From contig NC_088858.1 of NCBI RefSeq assembly GCF_963853765.1, positions 40,424,001-40,488,000 of the forward strand: a stretch of 64,000 nucleotides of DNA. The letters are read 5' to 3'. The position numbers and the translations under genes were made by a program. Within the stretch, counting starts at the first letter, position 1, and each line of letters starts with the position of its first letter. This DNA is from Magallana gigas. Taxonomy: Eukaryota. The notes beneath the pieces are model-generated. The model ran no database searches and had not been told where the DNA came from. It was given only the letters and a program-made list of their open reading frames with translations. Of this stretch, positions 49,726-62,300 are shown piece after piece.

Positions 49726-52700
49726 TGATTTCAGTGTATAATCCACCATTCCTTTGATATTGGCAGCATGTATTTGACTACAAGGTCGGTGAGAGGTTTG
49801 GATGTGTGGCTGACATTGGTTGGATCACTGGACACAGTTATGTGGTCTATGGTCCGCTCCTCAATGGAGCTACTACAGTTCTATTTGAAAGTAATCCTAT
49901 CTATCCAGATGCAGGCAAGTTAACAAAAAAACATTCAAACATAATACATTCAAGGGTCATACATGCATGTGTCCAATAAAGGTTTATTACAAAGGTTTCT
50001 TAACATTTTAAAGGCAGATACTGGGAGATGACAGAGCGACTGAAGCTGGAACACATGTACCTGTCCCCCACCGCTCTCCGCATGCTCCTAAAGGAGGGAG
50101 ATAACTTTGTGACCAAGTATGACAGGTCTTCATTAAGAAAGCTTGGATGTGGTAAGGGGAGATAATCTGGTTAACTTTTCTTTTTAAATTTAAATCAGTA
50201 CTTTATTCCAGTACTTTCAATTTTGTCTTCTATATAAAATACTTGCAATGTAAATTCTTGTGATTGTATTTTTAAAAATTAATTTCATAATTCATAACCT
50301 ATTATATATATATATTATTCAGCAAATTTGTATTTTCAGTTGGGGAACCGCTGAACCGTGAAGCATATGAGTGGTACAGGGATGTGGTAGGCGGTGGGCG
50401 GTGTGATGTGATAGACACCTGGTGGCAGACAGAGACTGGGGGAATCTGTATTACACCTCGCCCCTCAGAGGAAGGGGCACCCATTTTACCAGCCATGCCA
50501 ATGAGACCTTTCTATGGAATTGCTCCTGCACTGGTCGATCAAAAGGTAGAAATTTGATCCTTTAGGATTGTATGTTAATATTGTTGGATATATAGGTCTT
50601 AAGGGTCTAAAGAATGTCATAATAACAAAAGCTTTTTGTAAGGTCATGACTTTGGTGGGATCATATTCGAGTGTTAGAAAAGGACAAGGTTAATTAGAAC
50701 TTTGCCAGCCTTGATAATTCTCACCAGAAACAATTTTTGGTAGAGATTTGGTTTGGCTTGATATTTGGATTTATGCCTTGAAGTGTGATTTGTTTTGATT
50801 TTCATGAATTTTTCCTTAATCGATTTTTACAATATTAATTTTTCAAAACTTGTTTTTCCTTGGAAATCATTTTTGACTTTTAATGATACTATGAGTTCAT
50901 GTACAAGGTACTTGCAGTATATAAATTGGTATTTATTATTTTGGGTAGGGAGAAGAAGTGACAGGAAATGATGTCAAGGGGGCTCTGTGTATTAAATCAG
51001 TGTGGCCTGGGATGGCCCGCACAATTTACGGAGACCACCAAAGGTTTCTGAACACCTACTACGATCCATACCCAGGTATGTGCAACCTTCTCTGTATGAA
51101 CATTTCTTCTCTTCACATTCTCACCTTACGAGCATAAACACAAACTTTTATTTAATTTTCATGATATTGATGTACAATTACCATAAATGGTAGAGACTGT
51201 GATATTCTGACATTATGAGTACTGTTGACATGCAGAAATCCAGCTGATGATTGATATATGTCAATTTCAAAGTCAACAATAATGGCTTTGAATATCATTT
51301 AAGGGTACTACTTCAGTGGGGATGGAGCCAGAAGGACAAAGAGTGGATACTACCAGATCACCGGGAGAATGGATGATGTTCTAAATGTTAGCGGCCACAG
51401 ACTGGGGACAGCAGAGATTGAAGATGTACTGGTAAGTGTAAGAGTAAAGATGTAATGGTAAGAGTAAAGAACTAAAGATGTACTGGTAAGTGTAAAGATG
51501 TAATGGTAAGTGTAAAGATGTACTGGTGAGAGTAAAGATGTACTGGTGAGAGTAAAGATGTACTGGTGAGAGTAAAGATGTACTGGTAAGTGTAAGAGTA
51601 AAGATGTACTGGTAATTGTAAAGATGTACTGGCAAGAGATGTACTGGCAAGAGATGTACTGGTAAGAGTAAAGATGTAATGGTAAGTGTAAAGAAGTACT
51701 GGTAAGTGTAAGAGAAAAGATGTACGGTACTGTAATTATAAGAGTAAAGATTTACTAGTAAGTGTAATGTTTATGGTGAAGATGCACTGGTAAGTGAAAC
51801 AGTAAAGATGTACTGGTAAGAATAATAGGTAAGATGTACTTGTAAGCATTATGTTCAAGATGAAGATGTTCTTGTAAGTTTAACATTAAATATGATTGAA
51901 AGTAATGGAAATACAATGTATGTTTAAGTTTGATCAAAGTACAAATTAAGTATTACATGTATTGGTAACAGAGAGTCACTCAAATTTTCATTTCAACACT
52001 TGATTCATAAACAATCCTTAAAGTTGTGTTCAATGCAGATCTGCCTGTCTGCTAGATTGACAGTATACCACAATTAGACTTTCATAGCTATTGTACTTAT
52101 ACCAGTATGAGTAAAAATTCATCAGGAAACGATATGTTTTATGCAGAATGTGCTTAATATGTGGGTTTTCATTTTTGCTGACATTTACATGTAAAAGCTC
52201 TACTGACTTGGAGTACATTACAGATACAGTTATTTTGTTGGTATTGTTACTTCTCATGACAGATTTCAGAAGCACAAATTTTAATTGGTTGAAAAAGTTA
52301 TGATCTTTATACATGTTTTTATAAATATTAGGATATTTGGGTCATTTGGCTGTGACCTCAAAGTGGGTTAATTTAGAGGTTTGAGAGCTGCAGCATTTCA
52401 GAACAACTTACATGTATTTTAATCAGTTGTCATTTCAGAACAACTTACATGTATTTTTAATCAGTTGTCATTGGGTTGATCTATTTTTGCAGGATGACCA
52501 AGAAGAGGTTGCAGAATCAGCTGTTGTGGGGTATCCCCATGACATCAAAGGAGAGGGTAAGACACTCCTCTCCCCCAAGGGAACAAATTTTAAACAATAT
52601 CATGTTTCATATATTTAATATCATACGTACATGCCTTAATTCTTCAATGTAAAAAGTTGGCATTTACATAATGAATATGATGTAGAGTTTATTTTAATTT

Positions 52701-53347
52701 CATTCACAAATTGGTGAATTAATTTTAGGTCACTGATAGTTCAGATACTTGAGAACAGATGTATTTATTACTTAGAAGTGCTGAATTATTTTTTTGTTGG
52801 TCTTTTTGTAGGTATTTATGCATTTGTGGTCCTGAAAGGGGAACATGACATGCCTCTAGACAAGCTTGCTAATGAGCTGAGGGGCATGGTGAAAACAAGG
52901 ATATCCTCATTTGCTCAGCCTGATATGATTCTGGTATGGTTATTGACATGGCTTCCAAGCTAATTGTTGTTGCTTTGAATTTACATGTTATTTGTGCTTT
53001 TGATGTATTAAAAAACCAAATTTTTTATTCAATCAATCTATGCAAGTGGGATGGAGGTATGATGATTATAATATAAAACAATTTTTCTTTGACATACGTG
53101 CTTGAACATGAGTTTGATGTCCTGTATGAATATCTCCTTTGAAATTGTTATGCATAATTTATTCTTTGGTTTTAAGTTTGCTCCTGGACTTCCCAAAACA
53201 AGATCTGGTAAAATAATGAGGAGAATTCTACGAAAAGTGGCAGCAAATAAACCTGATGAACTTGGGGATACATCCACACTTTTTGATCCATCAGTTGTGG
53301 ATGCCATCGTAGAAAAGCATGAGGAGGTCTATGGAAAGAAGCAATAG
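45355..53347 (+). CDS. ACSS1: Acetyl-CoA synthetase, mitochondrial type, about 682 aa, 13 exons
   Basis: Exons 45355-45676, 47141-47237, 47935-48134, 48622-48794, 49344-49496, 49767-49914 (GC donor), 50014-50151, 50340-50545, 50949-51075, 51304-51431, 52493-52556, 52812-52933, 53177-53347. Motifs [59 protein letters not shown]. Basic N-terminus resembles a mitochondrial presequence. Confidence 0.97.
46114..46342. mobile_element. TA-flanked MITE (CTGTAG termini)
   Basis: tactgtagattcct / aggaatctatagta. Confidence 0.75.
47413..47612. mobile_element. MITE with GGG...CCC termini and GAAAC-rich arms, beside a (GA)n tract
   Basis: gggtgcctgtaaagtgcgaaacgaaatcg / cgatttcgttttgcactttacaggcgccc; AGAGAGAG on both sides, so TSD length is ambiguous. 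Confidence 0.8.
48868..49187. mobile_element. Kolobok-like MITE with TTAA TSD and internal tRNA-like segment
   Basis: TTAA|GGTGGAATAA ... TTATTCCACC|TTAA; on minus 49088-49035 reads TAGCCAGGTGGTTAAAG...GTTCAAATCC. Confidence 0.8.
49670..49720. repeat. Compound (GT)n(CT)n microsatellite
   Basis: Direct reading. Confidence 0.95.
51421..51846 (+). repeat. ~20-bp minisatellite derived from the ACSS1 exon 10 end and 5' splice site
   Basis: About 18-19 variable copies of aaagatgtactg-gtaag/gtgag; the first copy is the real exon/intron junction at 51431/51432. Confidence 0.9.
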
Positions 53348-55160
53348 CCGAGCAATGACCAAGTTGTTCCATCCAATTTAACTCTTTGTTTTGATTTCAA
53401 GTAGAGACATTGGTGTGGGTCTTACATTGACAGGTGAAAAAAATAACAGTATTAATCCATTGAATGTGAATGTACCTTAATTACCACACCCTTTTTCTTG
53501 CAATATATTTTGACATACAGTAAACTTAATTTATAATTGAAAGGCTCAATTCTAAATACAGGTAAAATCTAGTTTCAACATGCCCTCAGGACCTGTAATT
53601 TTATACCTTTAGTATTCTGCAATTGTAAGTTTGCATCAGTACCTTGTTGCTTAGTACTTTTACCAGGTTGTAAGATTGAAACATACAATGTACCAAGAAA
53701 TTGCTGTATATGCTAGCTCTGAGATCTGGATAATTTGGAATTGATTAAAAATCCAAACATTATAATGTAAACAAAGTCTGTGAAACTTGCAGTTATTCAT
53801 GGAAAGAATGTAAATTCATTATTTTATTTTTCTTTAATTTTGAAATACCTGTGAGAATCTATCGCGTGTATTAAACAAGTAAATGTTCGGTTGCAAATAC
53901 AGTGTATTTATTACGAATATTCCTGTAAAAAAATTAGTTTTAACATTGAAATGTATATAAAGTGGTGAATTGCCTTAAGAATTAACGATATAAACTATGC
54001 AACCCCTTTGTAATTTTTTTCCTTCTCAGTAGTTCTTTATACATTATGTATTTTAACTGGTATGTATATTACAGTACGTTGTAATTATTTTCTTTTACAT
54101 GTGTTGTAATTTTACAAAAGTCATCAGTTATCTTGTGTTTCTTGTAATATTAAATTATAAGATCACCTAAAAATTGATTGTTTGCTCTCTCAATTAAGAT
54201 GAGTCAGTGGGCAGGCATATTATTTAAAACCCCAAAAAAGATTTAGCCAAGATTTAAAAAAATAACCAAGTTGGCTTCATTTTAGAAGAGGGCAGATAAT
54301 TAAGTCAGAATAATTGGGTCAGTAGGAAATTGAATTGTTGTTTATTGCTGATTTTATGCATACTAGTATACCAGGTATATCAATTGTTGTTAAGATTTTA
54401 TACATTGTTATTTTTATAAACTGATCAATTTTGATAGATAATATTGTTAATCATCTAGTCATACCCGATTCTTAACCATTAGAGCTATACAGTTTTATCA
54501 GTTCTTTAGGTATAGAATTTGCCTTTTGTATTCATTGAATTTTGATTTATATGTTAATTTCCAACAAAGTGTGATTTAGTCTTTTAGGAATTAAATTTAT
54601 ATGAAGAAACGTTTAAGGTTGATGAAACACATGTATACAGCATATATATATGTTAAAGATATGTAAACTAGGCTCTGTGTAAAATAATTGGCCATTATAC
54701 ACTGTGTATACTTGTACTTTGCATTAAAACCAGCTTTTCTTGACCATAATATTCTATTGAATAGATTGTATGTTTTGCCAAAGTGCATGTATTTTCCAGT
54801 TTTATACTTTAAAAATACCAAAATAGAGGGTTTGCATATTTTATGAAACATTTTTTATAAATACATGTAATGTTTTTATTTTTAGGTCAATCAGATAATA
54901 TGTTCTATCAATATCAGCTGCTACAGATGTATTTTTTAGTAGAAGTCTGTATAATGACTATAATCACATGTACATGTACTGGTATATTACGTTACATGAA
55001 TTACATTGTATAATTGTTTTTGTGGCTACACATATATAATAGAATGTAGTTTGTCATTTATTTATCATAGATAAATATATCCAAGGCAAAATATACGTGT
55101 GCATTTATTTTCTTTTTTCGCAAAGATGATTTCACTTGGGAATTTATTAGTTTATCATAA

Positions 55161-55930
55161 AAAACTAGGTGTCGGGAAAATAGTGACCAACTCAGAGGAT
55201 TCTAATTCTAGTAAAATTCACTAAAGACCATGGAAATATGCTCTGAAGATAGGTTAAAATTACACCATGATGCTCTTTTACATTGACCTTTCATCCAAAG
55301 AATTGATTGAAGCTGTTTCTACTGTATCAAGTACATAACTTAATTCTATTAAATCAAAACTACACTTAGCTGTTCAAAAATCTATTTCTGCCAAATATGG
55401 ATCACAATATATAATAGGTTTACTGGTTAGAAAGAGATGATTTATTACCTTGACCTTTGATCAAGTACACTTAGAGTTATTGCACCCCCTTTACCTATGA
55501 AGAGAGAAAATACATTTCAGACAATTTATATCTTTGAGAAAATATGCTCTGGACAAATACTTTATGAAGAGATCTACTATGACCTAGCTTGACTTTTGAC
55601 CAATATCACTGCACATTTTTATATACAAGCAACTTTCAATGGATGAAGTATAAGCCAGATGAGACAATGGGTAGGGGAAATATGCTTTGAACAGGGATTT
55701 ACAGAGAAATGTGATTTGACCTTTTATTTTTTTTATCTGAATAAGGTTACTGCACATCCATTATCCATTCAAATTATATGAAGGAAACTTAATCCAGATT
55801 GGGTCAGGGGAACACAAAATATATTCTGAATGCGATTTTGATATTGGAGAGACTAATTGCAATAAGTCACCTACAAACCAGGGCAATATTATCATGAGGT
55901 CCATGCATGGGCCTCAGCAGCCTCCCAAAT
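55161..55930 (+). mobile_element. Old HINE/Helentron-like element with decayed internal repeats
   Basis: aaactag start, recurring tgacctttga(c/t) motifs, terminal hairpin gaggtccatgcatgggcctc. Confidence 0.45.
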
Positions 55931-56103
55931 ATAATGCTACCGTATAAAGATAACAATATTCATGTCAACAGAGATCAACCACAATCATATACATGCAAGT
56001 TATACCAACATAGCAAATAAGCTCTTGTTTATAAAAAGCATGGGTTAATTCAGCCTCATTATCTGAAAAAGTTTTCATGAAAATTACCCGGAAGCAGTTT
56101 TCA

Positions 56104-56198
56104 CATCCTGAGAACCCACAGATTTTCTATCTGTTACACTGCTTTCAACCCGGTTGAAAGCAGTGTAACGGATAGAAAACCTGTGGGTTCCAACGATG
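56104..56198. mobile_element. Palindromic MITE (CATC...GATG) with perfect 9-bp TSD
   Basis: Near-perfect fold-back centred at ~56151; CAGTTTTCA at 56095-56103 and 56199-56207. Confidence 0.88.
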
Positions 56199-56709
56199 CA
56201 GTTTTCATTGCACTATCATATGACTGTTTACCAGTAAATGGTTTATGGGAATTTTATTTCATGTTTCAGTTGATATTACGTAATCAAAGTCAGATTTCCA
56301 AGTGGAATTCATGTGAATAATAAGCAAACAAGAAAACTTGACATTTTGTTGTATTCGAAGTGAACATTTGATCAACTACAAAATAATGTACAATCAATTT
56401 ACATTTTCCATTTATCACAATTTGTATTCAGTATGATGTATTCTTTTGTACTGATGGTGCTTTTTAACCATTAACACTTTTAAAACAATCATGATTGTGT
56501 ATTTCATCATGAGTGTATATTATTTTATCTACTCAGTTGACACATTAATACATGCATATATGGTAACAGATCTCTCCAGTCTCGATATCTCGGCAAAACA
56601 TTGCATAATACACAATGGATACTGTTACAATAACCCATCACATGGGTTTCACACAAACTAATATTCTGTCAATTCGTTATGAAGTCCTCCTATATATTAA
56701 AACATATCA

Positions 56710-57191
56710 TCAACTTTTGCCTGCCATTGCTTTGTATGGAGAGTCGTCTGTGTACTGTAGATGGTGCTCCTGAAACCTGGTTGATATCCTTTGTGTGGAC
56801 TTTAAATACTTCTCTAAGCAGTTAATGGAGCAGCTATTCTGAAAAAGAAATATGAAATGATGCTAGAAAAAACATTATCAATACCACATAAAATGTGTAG
56901 AAGGTATAGAGAAATTTTAAGCATTTCCTTGAAGTCAAGAGCAAATAAATACTTTACTCTATCCAAATATTAATATTTTCTAGCCAAAAAAATTCTTTTT
57001 TAAATTACCTAAATCACTTAGGTTAATGTAAATAAAGAAATATTTCAAAAGAGCCACCATATATTTTAGTTTTTATCAAACCTTTTAAGATTTTTAAAAA
57101 TAATTGGAATTTTCTGTTAGAATGCATGTGTCTCTATAAGTATCAATGAATTATTCAAGTACAAACCTCTGCATTAGAAATTTTCCTTGTG

Positions 57192-57223
<32 letters not shown>

Positions 57224-57538
57224 CTGAGTGATTTTGTTGTATGCTCCAATGAACTCTTTAAACTGATGCATGAAATAGAAATAAGAATCAAAACTTGTCT
57301 TGAAAAATGCATACCATATTTCTAAGGTATATTAGTACAGCTTTAATACTGCAATAATCAATATTGTTTTAAATTGCCAAAAAAATGCTGTTTTGATGCA
57401 TTATTGAATTTGCAGTATCAATGCATCATTCTGAGAGCAATAAATGGTTATTTTTTTGTTCTCAATATTGTAGATTTTAAGAATAACCTGTTTAACTGCT
57501 GCCTCTGGATCTATTTCTTGTAAATTTGGGGTTGCCAT
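56710..57538 (-). CDS. TIMM9: Mitochondrial import chaperone Tim9, 91 aa, 3 coding exons
   Basis: Exons 57538-57488, 57262-57167, 56838-56710: [77 protein letters not shown]...; twin CX3C motif. A 5'UTR intron acceptor lies at 57554-57555. Confidence 0.96.
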
Positions 57539-57644
57539 ACTGTGTTTGTTTCACTAAAATAAAGAAGAATTCTTTATTCAATGTATAACATGTAACGTTG
57601 TGTAATGAGATTTTAAATTTCTATGACCTGAATAAATAAGATCC

Positions 57645-57721
57645 CATCGTTTGAAACCCAGTCTTGCTTCTCTTTTCTCTTAGGTAAGAGAAGTGAGACT
57701 AACTGTGGGTTTCTGACGATG
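57645..57721. mobile_element. Older copy of the CATCG palindromic family
   Basis: catcgtttgaaaccca... / ...ctgtgggtttctgacgatg; TSD decayed (5/9). Confidence 0.6.
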
Positions 57722-58174
57722 ATCAGAGATAGATCAGTGATGCTCTCAATTTACAATATGTAGGAGTGACATACCATTATAATAATTTAGCACATGATTC
57801 AACATTGGGGGGGGGGGGGGGGGGGGTTGACAGGGACATGCATTGTGTATGCAATAGACTCGGAATGTTTGTTCACTAAATTTTTAAGATTCATTCATCA
57901 TTCATTAATCTTAATGATACTTTTTAAACACTGGCAAGATACCATGCAATTCTGATTTCAGATGAAACTTGTTTGTACATGTATATATATATATATTTAA
58001 ATATGTACAGCTTAGCATTTGTATCAGGATGAGAGATTTAATGGCAGACCAGTCTGGGATTCAAATCTGAGCCTTGGGTACTCCTGCATATAAATTTAAT
58101 AGGATGAGAGACATAATGATGGACCATGCACACCGGGCTATAAATATGTGCCCCCTGAATGATCGGATTCTCTT

Positions 58175-58230
58175 GTCAGATATTCTACCAATCTATCTGA
58201 TGCTAGCAATCAAACTTGTCTGAGTGTCAT
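58175..58230 (-). mobile_element. Degenerate tRNA-derived relic
   Basis: tctcttgtcag...ctaccaa...gcaatcaaac.tgtctga resembles 21838-21911. Confidence 0.4.
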
Positions 58231-58256
58231 ATTCCTGGCCCTAAATGATAAATGAC

Positions 58257-58405
58257 TACTGGCGTGCGACCAGTTCTCGCCAGGTACCATTTCTCGACAG
58301 TACATTGTGACGTCATTTCATCAACATATAAAACTATAGACAAAAATGATGTCACAATGTACTGGCGAGAAATGGTACTCGGCGAGAACTGGTCGGACGC
58401 CAGTA
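58257..58405. mobile_element. Fold-back MITE (TACTGGCG termini)
   Basis: About 60-bp imperfect arms tactggcgtgcgaccagttctcgcc...cagtacattgtgac, mirrored on the right. Confidence 0.8.
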
Positions 58406-58789
58406 CTCTATTTATGTCATGAAAATGTAAACATGCTGAATGCAGTCCTTGCATGATATCAACACTATGAAGAAAGAATGAATGGATTTACTAATTACAA
58501 AGACAGTATTGATGTCGCAAAAATAAAAACAAAACACGGTGCCAGCTCGTGTTAAGCCTCGTACAGTGAGGTATCATATGATGTAAGCACTTAAAATAGT
58601 ACATGCTGCAACCTTGAAATAACAGAACAAATTCGAAATGAATGAACTATAATGAAAATTTGGCCGTGTCTCCAAATATACACATATTTTACCTTGCTAA
58701 TTAACGTAACATGATAAAATTATTTTTTAATTGTGTCTTTGAACAATTTTCATATTCAGCAAGGGTTTGTTTACCTTCCCACGTGGGTA

Positions 58790-58824
<35 letters not shown>

Positions 58825-59067
58825 AAAGTGATGATAGACATCCAAGTTTTGATTACACGATGTCTGATTGGATAGTTATGATCAAAATTAAAATGATACT
58901 TTAAATATGCTACCACATAACTTTTATTTGTTTAAAAATCACGAATTGTGTCTTTTATTTTAAAAACTATAAACAATTTGCTGGATATGAATAATAAATA
59001 TCAAATTTACGACAATCGTTTATGATAGATACACCAATGATAAAGCTCGTTACAAATTGCATTCCTG

Positions 59068-59103
<36 letters not shown>

Positions 59104-59304
59104 AAAAATGTTTTCAGTTTATAGACTAAATAAGAAATATGTGTGCTTTGCTTGATGGTGTTTAAACATGATAATTCTTCATAGACAACTGCTTAAAGTC
59201 TGGGAGAGCATAATGCCTGAAAGAGCCATTTCCACAACAGTGCACCCTTCCGAATTTTCTTAGTTCAAAAGAGTTCATTCAACGGGTTCAACAAAGCATT
59301 GAAA

Positions 59305-62300
59305 ATGGAAGAGATGCTTGAATTGCTGTCAACAACAGATGCAGCAGTAAAAGCGTTAGACAAATCTAATAGGTAAGGTCTGAAGGTATCATTTAATTTG
59401 ACATTTCTTTAAATTCTGTCAAATAATAGATCTAGCTGTATCTTTTGGAGCAGCTGATGAAGGCAGAGCATTGAAATAGTACACAATTCATGTACGATCT
59501 CTTATTTCCTGTCAGATGTTTTCTGCATTAAATCTAATCAATGTAATATTTTGTTGACATAATTAATCTTAATTTTAAAAAATGCAGATCTTAATCTTGT
59601 TGATGATTCTGAACAGGACAAATCAGTGCTAAGTTAAATTTTGAGAGACCAAGTCAGTAATTGATTAAATATATTAATTCTTTAGCTACTTTTTAAAAGT
59701 GAGTGACATTTATATTTTGCAGATCACAAGCATCTTCATGCAGCAGATCTTCCTCTGGGTCCAAGAAGAAAAGTTTTACAGAAATCCCAGATAGTGGGAT
59801 AGGTAAAACAGAAGACAAATCCCCTAGAACTTTCCCATCTCATTCTAAAGAGGTAGATGAGTTAGATATTTCTCAACATAGTTCAGACGTCAGTACTACT
59901 GCCAGTGATGTACTGATAAGATCTACCACCGCTGCACCAGGGGAGAGGAGTGTGTTAGATGACAAGAGCTTTCAGAGTGTGGATAACACAAGTAACATCT
60001 CAAAGTGTTCCAAATATTCATTTGGCAAGGAGAATTTCAATAGTTCTGGACCTGTGAAAGTTAAAGTCTCATCGAAACTGCTGAGGGAAATCAAATCTCC
60101 TTATGAAAGTCCACGGGAGGAAGTAAATGCAGGAAATGAATCCCCCAAAATTCAGAATGGACAACCAGAAGGAGCCATTATTAAAAAACAGAACACAAGT
60201 AGAGATGCACATGAACTTTCAACTGGGTCCCAATCAAGTTCCAGAGGGGGAGAAAACCCAGGAGTAGCAAAACATTCTAGTCGACCAAACTCAGCAACAT
60301 CAAAGTCTTCCACTGGAAGTAAGTCAGGATCTGTGATTAAAGGACCAACCTCAAAACCAGTTCAAGACTCAAAAACAGGTGGGCAGCAAGTTTCCTCCAA
60401 ACCTGTAAGTAACAACCCCAAGGACATTATAACTCTACAGAGCACTCCACAAGGCAAACAGTCCAGCAAGCCAAAGAGGGATAGTCCAGGTACCCCAGAA
60501 AAACCACAGAAAAAGGGAGGATTCCCACAACCAGCCTTTGTAGAAAGACACACTCCGGAGAAAGTTCTTAGAGACATGAGAGCATTGAATGATCATGATG
60601 ACAAAGGCAGCTACTTAGATGACTTTATCAAAGAGCAAGCAGAGAGTCAAGATATGGTGCCTGAAAAATTAGGTAGCATATTCATTTTTTGGGGGAAAAT
60701 TTTAATGTCGGGTTTTCTTACTTTTTACTTTGAAAATATTAATATTTAAACCAAGCTTTAATTAATATTGAATTTTTGTTTGAAGAATCTTGATTTTTTA
60801 TTGAAACTTGATTTGTCAACAGTTACAGAGTCAGTAGAGACCAGCATTCATAGTGCTACCAGCAGTCAACCAGAGATAGTGACTGTGCCAGAGAGGATTG
60901 TCACGGTCTCCACCCGGAGTTCCCTCTCCTCAGACAACTCTCTCAGCGACTCGGGCCAGATACTCACCATTCAGGAGAAGCTGGTCACAATATCAGCACC
61001 CCTATCCATGGAGGACGTATCCACAGCCAGTCAGGAGGAAGACGAGAAAATTCCACCCAGACTGCCAGATAAGTTCCATCATTACACAACAAAAGTAGGT
61101 TGAAGAAGCATATTGAAACCTGGTTATTTTATGAGAACTATTGCAATTTTGAAATTCTCCAATATATAAGTGCAAATTTTTCATGACTTCAATTTTGGCA
61201 TTATGTGTAAAGATCTACAGAGTATGTGAGAAAATCAAGATTTTTTTCATGTTGATTGTCAGTGATATGCTTAGTATGTTAAATAATGATAGATATTATG
61301 TTTTTATTCATCATTTTTAAAGCATCACAGTAATGGATTGAAGCAGGGATCTGAGAGCAATGGAACATCCGTGGTGGATCATCCATTAGATTCTGGAGAA
61401 ATTCATGTGGAAAAATTCCACCTGTCAGAGAAACAACGGCTGATGAAAGAAAATTTTACAAGGAGGTAAGCTGTTCTTCCTAACTGACATAGATATATCG
61501 GCAGAACTTAAAATGATTTAGTTAACTGACTTAGATGAGTATCAGTGCAACATGTACAATCTATTCAATATTTGAATTAACACAAAAATGGTTTGGGAAG
61601 TTAATTTACTATTGCCATATAGAATATGCTCCTCTAGCGATCATAAAGATTGCTTGATCCTCTGTTTGATTCAAATGTATAAAACATATTAAAAATAAAA
61701 AATGACAGCCTAGCACAGATACAGATGTGTGAATAACAAATTAACAATTCAATCAACAATTTCCTAAGGAACCATGCAGCTCAAAAAATGGTTTAAACCT
61801 TTTTATTTTGCTGCTTTGACAGAGACGTCGGTCAAGATTTAAAAAAAATTTCTATGGGTTTGGTCAATTACAAGTTCTTTTTTCCCCAGATTACAAGGGG
61901 GGCCTAAGAAAAGGGTGGTCCAGCCCAGACTTATAGGTCCAGCTGCCAAGACTTCGAAGAAGGAATCCAACAATGTGAGCGATCAAACCACAGAGTCCCT
62001 GACTGCTGCTGTGGCTGCTAGTGCAGCGAGTGCTGCTATTGCCGCCACACAACCATTCCTCAAGGTAACAAAGGGGTGCAAAGACTATATGGTATAAGCA
62101 CCTGACATAAGCTATGATGAAAACAAATTTAATGAGTCTATTGATATATTGCAACATAAGTTTAATTTTTTACTTGTAATGCTGGAGCATTTGTATGCTG
62201 GTACTTTTAGTGTACATGATGGTATACAGACATGATTAGATATTGAATGATCTGATATTTATACAATTAAAGGCACAACAGGAGATGGCTAATATTCTGA

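Noticed and set aside
49735-49766. Upstream AG after the microsatellite as the ACSS1 exon 6 acceptor
   Set aside because: It adds 32 nt and shifts the frame; the acceptor at 49766 restores the conserved sequence.
51381-51937. Minus-strand His/Leu/Tyr-rich ORFs
   Set aside because: These are antisense translations of the splice-donor minisatellite.
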